Notes under the pieces: generated by a model | The model's input: only the letters and a program-made list of their open reading frames with translations | What the model was told of the DNA's origin: nothing | Database searches by the model: none | Shown: positions 16,664-26,098 of the stretch, piece by piece | How the letters are laid out: each line of letters begins with the position of its first letter | How positions within the stretch are numbered: position 1 is the stretch's first letter | Source: Eledone cirrhosa | Lineage: Eukaryota | Direction: 5' to 3' | Length of the DNA stretch: 26,098 nucleotides | NCBI GenBank assembly: GCA_964016885.1 | Contig: CAXHJY010001361.1 | Span: 1 to 26,098, forward strand | Translations under genes and position numbers: made by a program

Positions 16664-16750
16664 GTTCAACACTGACACAGGAACGATGTACTAGTTTCAA
16701 GCTTGTTAGCTATCATCAGCACCGTTTACCCATCTGCCAGATAGTTGAAC
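16664..16750 (-). ncRNA. Type I hammerhead ribozyme, copy 14
   Basis: Same motif as copy 1. Confidence 0.88.
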
Positions 16751-16971
16751 GTTCGAAAGTATATACTTTCCTTATGAAAATTAACGGCTGAGCAGCCTAA
16801 TTTGCATATTGAGTGAGTTAAATCGGTCAGGCATACCGAAAACGATAAATTGAAACAAAATGAAAACGAAATTTCATTTCTCACTCTTAATATGGCACTT
16901 ACTTAAATGTAAGTATGCATGTATACGTACATACATATATGTATACAGACGTACAGTAGCATGCACATATA

Positions 16972-17003
<32 letters not shown>

Positions 17004-17137
17004 CATATGCATACAGGTACACATACATATATGCACGTATCAGTTTAGCGGCGCTAACGTCGCTTTGTTCGTTTGTAAACAAACTGAACAGCCTGAATTT
17101 ATGCCATACGGTGTTAAGGCAACCACGTCACCTTTTT

Positions 17138-17224
17138 GTTCAACACTGACACAGGAACGATGTACTAGTTTCAAGCTTGTTAGCTATCATCAGCACCGTT
17201 TACCCATCTGCCAGATAGTTGAAC
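17138..17224 (-). ncRNA. Type I hammerhead ribozyme, copy 15
   Basis: Same motif as copy 1. Confidence 0.88.
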
Positions 17225-17445
17225 GTTCGAAAGTATATACTTTCCTTATGAAAATTAACGGCTGAGCAGCCTAATTTGCATATTGAGTGAGTTAAATCGG
17301 TCAGGCATACCGAAAACGATAAATTGAAACAAAATGAAAACGAAATTTCATTTCTCACTCTTAGTATGGCACTTACTTAAATGTAAGTATGCATGTATAC
17401 GTACATACATATATGTATACAGACGTACAGTAGCATGCACATATA

Positions 17446-17477
<32 letters not shown>

Positions 17478-17611
17478 CATATGCATACAGGTACACATAC
17501 ATATATGCACGTATCAGTTTAGCGGCGCTAACGTCGCTTTGTTCGTTTGTAAACAAACTGAACAGCCTGAATTTATGCCATACGGTGTTAAGGCAACCAC
17601 GTCACCTTTTT

Positions 17612-17698
17612 GTTCAACACTGACACAGGAACGATGTACTAGTTTCAAGCTTGTTAGCTATCATCAGCACCGTTTACCCATCTGCCAGATAGTTGAAC
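17612..17698 (-). ncRNA. Type I hammerhead ribozyme, copy 16
   Basis: Same motif as copy 1. Confidence 0.88.
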
Positions 17699-17919
17699 GT
17701 TCGAAAGTATATACTTTCCTTATGAAAATTAACGGCTGAGCAGCCTAATTTGCATATTGAGTGAGTTAAATCGGTCAGGCATACCGAAAACGATAAATTG
17801 AAACAAAATGAAAACGAAATTTCATTTCTCACTCTTAGTATGGCACTTACTTAAATGTAAGTATGCATGTATACGTACATACATATATGTATACAGACGT
17901 ACAGTAGCATGCACATATA

Positions 17920-17951
<32 letters not shown>

Positions 17952-18085
17952 CATATGCATACAGGTACACATACATATATGCACGTATCAGTTTAGCGGC
18001 GCTAACGTCGCTTTGTTCGTTTGTAAACAAACTGAACAGCCTGAATTTATGCCATACGGTGTTAAGGCAACCACGTCACCTTTTT

Positions 18086-18172
18086 GTTCAACACTGACAC
18101 AGGAACGATGTACTAGTTTCAAGCTTGTTAGCTATCATCAGCACCGTTTACCCATCTGCCAGATAGTTGAAC
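18086..18172 (-). ncRNA. Type I hammerhead ribozyme, copy 17
   Basis: Same motif as copy 1. Confidence 0.88.
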
Positions 18173-18393
18173 GTTCGAAAGTATATACTTTCCTTATGAA
18201 AATTAACGGCTGAGCAGCCTAATTTGCATATTGAGTGAGTTAAATCGGTCAGGCATACCGAAAACGATAAATTGAAACAAAATGAAAACGAAATTTCATT
18301 TCTCACTCTTAGTATGGCACTTACTTAAATGTAAGTATGCATGTATACGTACATACATATATGTATACAGACGTACAGTAGCATGCACATATA

Positions 18394-18425
<32 letters not shown>

Positions 18426-18559
18426 CATATGCATACAGGTACACATACATATATGCACGTATCAGTTTAGCGGCGCTAACGTCGCTTTGTTCGTTTGTAA
18501 ACAAACTGAACAGCCTGAATTTATGCCATACGGTGTTAAGGCAACCACGTCACCTTTTT

Positions 18560-18646
18560 GTTCAACACTGACACAGGAACGATGTACTAGTTTCAAGCTT
18601 GTTAGCTATCATCAGCACCGTTTACCCATCTGCCAGATAGTTGAAC
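18560..18646 (-). ncRNA. Type I hammerhead ribozyme, copy 18
   Basis: Same motif as copy 1. Confidence 0.88.
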
Positions 18647-18867
18647 GTTCGAAAGTATATACTTTCCTTATGAAAATTAACGGCTGAGCAGCCTAATTTG
18701 CATATTGAGTGAGTTAAATCGGTCAGGCATACCGAAAACGATAAATTGAAACAAAATGAAAACGAAATTTCATTTCTCACTCTTAGTATGGCACTTACTT
18801 AAATGTAAGTATGCATGTATACGTACATACATATATGTATACAGACGTACAGTAGCATGCACATATA

Positions 18868-18899
<32 letters not shown>

Positions 18900-19033
18900 C
18901 ATATGCATACAGGTACACATACATATATGCACGTATCAGTTTAGCGGCGCTAACGTCGCTTTGTTCGTTTGTAAACAAACTGAACAGCCTGAATTTATGC
19001 CATACGGTGTTAAGGCAACCACGTCACCTTTTT

Positions 19034-19120
19034 GTTCAACACTGACACAGGAACGATGTACTAGTTTCAAGCTTGTTAGCTATCATCAGCACCGTTTACC
19101 CATCTGCCAGATAGTTGAAC
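19034..19120 (-). ncRNA. Type I hammerhead ribozyme, copy 19
   Basis: Same motif as copy 1. Confidence 0.88.
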
Positions 19121-19341
19121 GTTCGAAAGTATATACTTTCCTTATGAAAATTAACGGCTGAGCAGCCTAATTTGCATATTGAGTGAGTTAAATCGGTCAG
19201 GCATACCGAAAACGATAAATTGAAACAAAATGAAAACGAAATTTCATTTCTCACTCTTAGTATGGCACTTACTTAAATGTAAGTATGCATGTATACGTAC
19301 ATACATATATGTATACAGACGTACAGTAGCATGCACATATA

Positions 19342-19373
<32 letters not shown>

Positions 19374-19507
19374 CATATGCATACAGGTACACATACATAT
19401 ATGCACGTATCAGTTTAGCGGCGCTAACGTCGCTTTGTTCGTTTGTAAACAAACTGAACAGCCTGAATTTATGCCATACGGTGTTAAGGCAACCACGTCA
19501 CCTTTTT

Positions 19508-19594
19508 GTTCAACACTGACACAGGAACGATGTACTAGTTTCAAGCTTGTTAGCTATCATCAGCACCGTTTACCCATCTGCCAGATAGTTGAAC
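19508..19594 (-). ncRNA. Type I hammerhead ribozyme, copy 20
   Basis: Same motif as copy 1. Confidence 0.88.
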
Positions 19595-19815
19595 GTTCGA
19601 AAGTATATACTTTCCTTATGAAAATTAACGGCTGAGCAGCCTAATTTGCATATTGAGTGAGTTAAATCGGTCAGGCATACCGAAAACGATAAATTGAAAC
19701 AAAATGAAAACGAAATTTCATTTCTCACTCTTAGTATGGCACTTACTTAAATGTAAGTATGCATGTATACGTACATACATATATGTATACAGACGTACAG
19801 TAGCATGCACATATA

Positions 19816-19847
<32 letters not shown>

Positions 19848-19981
19848 CATATGCATACAGGTACACATACATATATGCACGTATCAGTTTAGCGGCGCTA
19901 ACGTCGCTTTGTTCGTTTGTAAACAAACTGAACAGCCTGAATTTATGCCATACGGTGTTAAGGCAACCACGTCACCTTTTT

Positions 19982-20068
19982 GTTCAACACTGACACAGGA
20001 ACGATGTACTAGTTTCAAGCTTGTTAGCTATCATCAGCACCGTTTACCCATCTGCCAGATAGTTGAAC
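19982..20068 (-). ncRNA. Type I hammerhead ribozyme, copy 21
   Basis: Same motif as copy 1. Confidence 0.88.
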
Positions 20069-20281
20069 GTTCGAAAGTATATACTTTCCTTATGAAAATT
20101 AACGGCCGAGCAGCCTAATTTGCATATTGAGTGAGTTAAATCGGTCAGGCATACCGAAAACGATAAATTGAAACAAAATGAAAACGAAATTTCATTTCTC
20201 ACTCTTAGTATGGCACTTACTTAAATGTAAGTATGCATGTATACGTACATACATATATGTATACAGACGTACAGTAGCATG

Positions 20282-20323
<42 letters not shown>

Positions 20324-20457
20324 CATATGCATACAGGTACACATACATATATGCACGTATCAGTTTAGCGGCGCTAACGTCGCTTTGTTCGTTTGTAAAC
20401 AAACTGAACAGCCTGAATTTATGCCATACGGTGTTAAGGCAACCACGTCACCTTTTT

Positions 20458-20544
20458 GTTCAACACTGACACAGGAACGATGTACTAGTTTCAAGCTTGT
20501 TAGCTATCATCAGCACCGTTTACCCATCTGCCAGATAGTTGAAC
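20458..20544 (-). ncRNA. Type I hammerhead ribozyme, copy 22
   Basis: Same motif as copy 1. Confidence 0.88.
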
Positions 20545-20765
20545 GTTCGAAAGTATATACTTTCCTTATGAAAATTAACGGCTGAGCAGCCTAATTTGCA
20601 TATTGAGTGAGTTAAATCGGTCAGGCATACCGAAAACGATAAATTGAAACAAAATGAAAACGAAATTTCATTTCTCACTCTTAGTATGGCACTTACTTAA
20701 ATGTAAGTATGCATGTATACGTACATACATATATGTATACAGACGTACAGTAGCATGCACATATA

Positions 20766-20797
<32 letters not shown>

Positions 20798-20931
20798 CAT
20801 ATGCATACAGGTACACATACATATATGCACGTATCAGTTTAGCGGCGCTAACGTCGCTTTGTTCGTTTGTAAACAAACTGAACAGCCTGAATTTATGCCA
20901 TACGGTGTTAAGGCAACCACGTCACCTTTTT

Positions 20932-21018
20932 GTTCAACACTGACACAGGAACGATGTACTAGTTTCAAGCTTGTTAGCTATCATCAGCACCGTTTACCCA
21001 TCTGCCAGATAGTTGAAC
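20932..21018 (-). ncRNA. Type I hammerhead ribozyme, copy 23
   Basis: Same motif as copy 1. Confidence 0.88.
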
Positions 21019-21231
21019 GTTCGAAAGTATATACTTTCCTTATGAAAATTAACGGCTGAGCAGCCTAATTTGCATATTGAGTGAGTTAAATCGGTCAGGC
21101 ATACCGAAAACGATAAATTGAAACAAAATGAAAACGAAATTTCATTTCTCACTCTTAGTATGGCACTTACTTAAATGTAAGTATGCATGTATACGTACAT
21201 ACATATATGTATACAGACGTACAGTAGCATG

Positions 21232-21277
<46 letters not shown>

Positions 21278-21411
21278 CATATGCATACAGGTACACATAC
21301 ATATATGCACGTATCAGTTTAGCGGCGCTAACGTCGCTTTGTTCGTTTGTAAACAAACTGAACAGCCTGAATTTATGCCATACGGTGTTAAGGCAACCAC
21401 GTCACCTTTTT

Positions 21412-21498
21412 GTTCAACACTGACACAGGAACGATGTACTAGTTTCAAGCTTGTTAGCTATCATCAGCACCGTTTACCCATCTGCCAGATAGTTGAAC
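21412..21498 (-). ncRNA. Type I hammerhead ribozyme, copy 24
   Basis: Same motif as copy 1. Confidence 0.88.
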
Positions 21499-21719
21499 GT
21501 TCGAAAGTATATACTTTCCTTATGAAAATTAACGGCTGAGCAGCCTAATTTGCATATTGAGTGAGTTAAATCGGTCAGGCATACCGAAAACGATAAATTG
21601 AAACAAAATGAAAACGAAATTTCATTTCTCACTCTTAGTATGGCACTTACTTAAATGTAAGTATGCATGTATACGTACATACATATATGTATACAGACGT
21701 ACAGTAGCATGCACATATA

Positions 21720-21751
<32 letters not shown>

Positions 21752-21885
21752 CATATGCATACAGGTACACATACATATATGCACGTATCAGTTTAGCGGC
21801 GCTAACGTCGCTTTGTTCGTTTGTAAACAAACTGAACAGCCTGAATTTATGCCATACGGTGTTAAGGCAACCACGTCACCTTTTT

Positions 21886-21972
21886 GTTCAACACTGACAC
21901 AGGAACGATGTACTAGTTTCAAGCTTGTTAGCTATCATCAGCACCGTTTACCCATCTGCCAGATAGTTGAAC
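21886..21972 (-). ncRNA. Type I hammerhead ribozyme, copy 25
   Basis: Same motif as copy 1. Confidence 0.88.
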
Positions 21973-22193
21973 GTTCGAAAGTATATACTTTCCTTATGAA
22001 AATTAACGGCTGAGCAGCCTAATTTGCATATTGAGTGAGTTAAATCGGTCAGGCATACCGAAAACGATAAATTGAAACAAAATGAAAACGAAATTTCATT
22101 TCTCACTCTTAGTATGGCACTTACTTAAATGTAAGTATGCATGTATACGTACATACATATATGTATACAGACGTACAGTAGCATGCACATATA

Positions 22194-22225
<32 letters not shown>

Positions 22226-22359
22226 CATATGCATACAGGTACACATACATATATGCACGTATCAGTTTAGCGGCGCTAACGTCGCTTTGTTCGTTTGTAA
22301 ACAAACTGAACAGCCTGAATTTATGCCATACGGTGTTAAGGCAACCACGTCACCTTTTT

Positions 22360-22446
22360 GTTCAACACTGACACAGGAACGATGTACTAGTTTCAAGCTT
22401 GTTAGCTATCATCAGCACCGTTTACCCATCTGCCAGATAGTTGAAC
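22360..22446 (-). ncRNA. Type I hammerhead ribozyme, copy 26
   Basis: Same motif as copy 1. Confidence 0.88.
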
Positions 22447-22659
22447 GTTCGAAAGTATATACTTTCCTTATGAAAATTAACGGCTGAGCAGCCTAATTTG
22501 CATATTGAGTGAGTTAAATCGGTCAGGCATATTGAAAACGATAAATTGAAACAAAATGAAAACGAAATTTCATTTCTCACTCTTAGTATGGCACTTACTT
22601 AAATGTAAGTATGCATGTATACGTACATACATATATGTATACAGACGTACAGTAGCATG

Positions 22660-22703
<44 letters not shown>

Positions 22704-22837
22704 CATATGCATACAGGTACACATACATATATGCACGTATCAGTTTAGCGGCGCTAACGTCGCTTTGTTCGTTTGTAAACAAACTGAACAGCCTGAATTT
22801 ATGCCATACGGTGTTAAGGCAACCACGTCACCTTTTT

Positions 22838-22924
22838 GTTCAACACTGACACAGGAACGATGTACTAGTTTCAAGCTTGTTAGCTATCATCAGCACCGTT
22901 TACCCATCTGCCAGATAGTTGAAC
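22838..22924 (-). ncRNA. Type I hammerhead ribozyme, copy 27
   Basis: Same motif as copy 1. Confidence 0.88.
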
Positions 22925-23145
22925 GTTCGAAAGTATATACTTTCCTTATGAAAATTAACGGCTGAGCAGCCTAATTTGCATATTGAGTGAGTTAAATCGG
23001 TCAGGCATACCGAAAACGATAAATTGAAACAAAATGAAAACGAAATTTCATTTCTCACTCTTAATATGGCACTTACTTAAATGTAAGTATGCATGTATAC
23101 GTACATACATATATGTATACAGACGTACAGTAGCATGCACATATA

Positions 23146-23177
<32 letters not shown>

Positions 23178-23311
23178 CATATGCATACAGGTACACATAC
23201 ATATATGCACGTATCAGTTTAGCGGCGCTAACGTCGCTTTGTTCGTTTGTAAACAAACTGAACAGCCTGAATTTATGCCATACGGTGTTAAGGCAACCAC
23301 GTCACCTTTTT

Positions 23312-23398
23312 GTTCAACACTGACACAGGAACGATGTACTAGTTTCAAGCTTGTTAGCTATCATCAGCACCGTTTACCCATCTGCCAGATAGTTGAAC
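23312..23398 (-). ncRNA. Type I hammerhead ribozyme, copy 28
   Basis: Same motif as copy 1. Confidence 0.88.
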
Positions 23399-23619
23399 GT
23401 TCGAAAGTATATACTTTCCTTATGAAAATTAACGGCTGAGCAGCCTAATTTGCATATTGAGTGAGTTAAATCGGTCAGGCATACCGAAAACGATAAATTG
23501 AAACAAAATGAAAACGAAATTTCATTTCTCACTCTTAGTATGGCACTTACTTAAATGTAAGTATGCATGTATACGTACATACATATATGTATACAGACGT
23601 ACAGTAGCATGCACATATA

Positions 23620-23651
<32 letters not shown>

Positions 23652-23785
23652 CATATGCATACAGGTACACATACATATATGCACGTATCAGTTTAGCGGC
23701 GCTAACGTCGCTTTGTTCGTTTGTAAACAAACTGAACAGCCTGAATTTATGCCATACGGTGTTAAGGCAACCACGTCACCTTTTT

Positions 23786-23872
23786 GTTCAACACTGACAC
23801 AGGAACGATGTACTAGTTTCAAGCTTGTTAGCTATCATCAGCACCGTTTACCCATCTGCCAGATAGTTGAAC
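23786..23872 (-). ncRNA. Type I hammerhead ribozyme, copy 29
   Basis: Same motif as copy 1. Confidence 0.88.
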
Positions 23873-24093
23873 GTTCGAAAGTATATACTTTCCTTATGAA
23901 AATTAACGGCTGAGCAGCCTAATTTGCATATTGAGTGAGTTAAATCGGTCAGGCATACCGAAAACGATAAATTGAAACAAAATGAAAACGAAATTTCATT
24001 TCTCACTCTTAGTATGGCACTTACTTAAATGTAAGTATGCATGTATACGTACATACATATATGTATACAGACGTACAGTAGCATGCACATATA

Positions 24094-24125
<32 letters not shown>

Positions 24126-24259
24126 CATATGCATACAGGTACACATACATATATGCACGTATCAGTTTAGCGGCGCTAACGTCGCTTTGTTCGTTTGTAA
24201 ACAAACTGAACAGCCTGAATTTATGCCATACGGTGTTAAGGCAACCACGTCACCTTTTT

Positions 24260-24346
24260 GTTCAACACTGACACAGGAACGATGTACTAGTTTCAAGCTT
24301 GTTAGCTATCATCAGCACCGTTTACCCATCTGCCAGATAGTTGAAC
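24260..24346 (-). ncRNA. Type I hammerhead ribozyme, copy 30
   Basis: Same motif as copy 1. Confidence 0.88.
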
Positions 24347-24565
24347 GTTCGAAAGTATATACTTTCCTTATGAAAATTAACGGCTGAGCAGCCTAATTTG
24401 CATATTGAGTGAGTTAAATCGGTCAGGCATACCGAAAACGATAAATTGAAACAAAATGAAAACGAAATTTCATTTCTCACTCTTAGTATGGCACTTACTT
24501 AAATGTAAGTATGCATGTATACGTACATACATATATGTATACAGACGTACAGTAGCATGCACATA

Positions 24566-24597
<32 letters not shown>

Positions 24598-24731
24598 CAT
24601 ATGCATACAGGTACACATACATATATGCACGTATCAGTTTAGCGGCGCTAACGTCGCTTTGTTCGTTTGTAAACAAACTGAACAGCCTGAATTTATGCCA
24701 TACGGTGTTAAGGCAACCACGTCACCTTTTT

Positions 24732-24818
24732 GTTCAACACTGACACAGGAACGATGTACTAGTTTCAAGCTTGTTAGCTATCATCAGCACCGTTTACCCA
24801 TCTGCCAGATAGTTGAAC
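24732..24818 (-). ncRNA. Type I hammerhead ribozyme, copy 31
   Basis: Same motif as copy 1. Confidence 0.88.
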
Positions 24819-25037
24819 GTTCGAAAGTATATACTTTCCTTATGAAAATTAACGGCTGAGCAGCCTAATTTGCATATTGAGTGAGTTAAATCGGTCAGGC
24901 ATACCGAAAACGATAAATTGAAACAAAATGAAAACGAAATTTCATTTCTCACTCTTAGTATGGCACTTACTTAAATGTAAGTATGCATGTATACGTACAT
25001 ACATATATGTATACAGACGTACAGTAGCATGCACATA

Positions 25038-25069
<32 letters not shown>

Positions 25070-25203
25070 CATATGCATACAGGTACACATACATATATGC
25101 ACGTATCAGTTTAGCGGCGCTAACGTCGCTTTGTTCGTTTGTAAACAAACTGAACAGCCTGAATTTATGCCATACGGTGTTAAGGCAACCACGTCACCTT
25201 TTT

Positions 25204-25290
25204 GTTCAACACTGACACAGGAACGATGTACTAGTTTCAAGCTTGTTAGCTATCATCAGCACCGTTTACCCATCTGCCAGATAGTTGAAC
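25204..25290 (-). ncRNA. Type I hammerhead ribozyme, copy 32
   Basis: Same motif as copy 1. Confidence 0.88.
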
Positions 25291-25503
25291 GTTCGAAAGT
25301 ATATACTTTCCTTATGAAAATTAACGGCTGAGCAGCCTAATTTGCATATTGAGTGAGTTAAATCGGTCAGGCATACCGAAAACGATAAATTGAAACAAAA
25401 TGAAAACGAAATTTCATTTCTCACTCTTAGTATGGCACTTACTTAAATGTAAGTATGCATGTATACGTACATACATATATGTATACAGACGTACAGTAGC
25501 ATG

Positions 25504-25545
<42 letters not shown>

Positions 25546-25679
25546 CATATGCATACAGGTACACATACATATATGCACGTATCAGTTTAGCGGCGCTAAC
25601 GTCGCTTTGTTCGTTTGTAAACAAACTGAACAGCCTGAATTTATGCCATACGGTGTTAAGGCAACCACGTCACCTTTTT

Positions 25680-25766
25680 GTTCAACACTGACACAGGAAC
25701 GATGTACTAGTTTCAAGCTTGTTAGCTATCATCAGCACCGTTTACCCATCTGCCAGATAGTTGAAC
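25680..25766 (-). ncRNA. Type I hammerhead ribozyme, copy 33
   Basis: Same motif as copy 1. The partial 34th unit ends before the ribozyme. Confidence 0.88.
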
Positions 25767-26090
25767 GTTCGAAAGTATATACTTTCCTTATGAAAATTAA
25801 CGGCTGAGCAGCCTAATTTGCATATTGAGTGAGTTAAATCGGTCAGGCATACCGAAAACGATAAATTGAAACAAAATGAAAACGAAATTTCATTTCTCAC
25901 TCTTAGTATGGCACTTACTTAAATGTAAGTATGCATGTATACGTACATACATATATGTATACAGACGTACAGTAGCATGCACATATATATATATATATAT
26001 ATACATATATATATACATATGCATACAGGTACACATACATATATGCACGTATCAGTTTAGCGGCGCTAACGTCGCTTTGTTCGTTTGTAA

Positions 26091-26098
26091 ATATATAT
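26091..26098. repeat. (TA)n resumes after the array (truncated by the window edge)
   Basis: TCGTTTGTAAA is followed by TATATAT instead of the unit's CAAACTG. Only 7-8 nt are visible. Confidence 0.6.

Larger units (their letters stand above)
10199..26091 (-). repeat. Tandem array of a 474-bp unit (33 full + 1 partial copy), each full unit carrying a hammerhead ribozyme motif
   Basis: The ATGAAAACGAAATTTC landmark recurs at 10211, 10686, 11162, 11636 ... 25400, 25876. Spacing is 474 bp, with 472-480 bp variants caused by the internal (TA)n; very few SNPs. Confidence 0.98.
10199..26091 (-). mobile_element. Putative non-LTR retrozyme / non-autonomous Penelope-like retroelement multimer inserted in (TA)n
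   Basis: Inference from a non-coding tandem unit with one minimal type I hammerhead per copy and (TA)n on both sides. No reverse transcriptase or GIY-YIG endonuclease ORF is present in the window. Confidence 0.6.

Noticed and set aside
10492-25766. Absence of variants in the hammerhead as evidence of selection
   Set aside because: Only about four SNP sites were seen across units 2-33, too few to test.
10419-25807. Repeated 61-135 aa ORFs (MKTKFHF..., MFVCKQ..., MYTYIH...)
   Set aside because: Short, no recognisable domain, frames shift with TA slippage, and one starts at TTG. The 66-aa ORF is simply antisense to the ribozyme.
10199-26091. Tandem 5S rRNA, tRNA, snRNA or spliced-leader RNA gene array
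   Set aside because: No resemblance to 5S, a tRNA cloverleaf, U snRNAs or spliced-leader sequences I know. A B-box-like GTTCAACAC is explained as an arm of the hammerhead stem and has no clear A box.
10199-26091. CRISPR array
   Set aside because: Units are 474 bp and identical throughout, with no unique spacers and no cas genes.

Overview
Non-coding eukaryotic-type repeat DNA with no credible protein-coding gene; every ORF in the track comes from low-complexity or tandem-repeat sequence. Two parts. (1) 1-10198 is a ~10.2 kb (TA)n block interrupted by TG or CA. It shows strand-polarity switches, a ~3.9 kb-offset internal duplication and three 14-bp minisatellites. (2) 10199-26091 is a near-identical head-to-tail array of a 474-bp unit (33 full copies plus one partial), followed again by (TA)n. 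The main finding is that each full unit encodes, on the minus strand, a type I hammerhead ribozyme motif: AACGGUG-CUGAUGA-UAGCUAACAAGCUU-GAAA-CUAG-UA|CAUCGUU. It has a long extended stem I and a minimal palindromic stem III (ACUAGU) that could only form as a dimer between copies. The array therefore looks like a ribozyme-bearing satellite, non-LTR retrozyme or non-autonomous Penelope-like element inserted in (TA)n, whose multimeric transcript could self-process into ~474-nt monomers or circles. Cleavage activity and expression are inferred, not shown.
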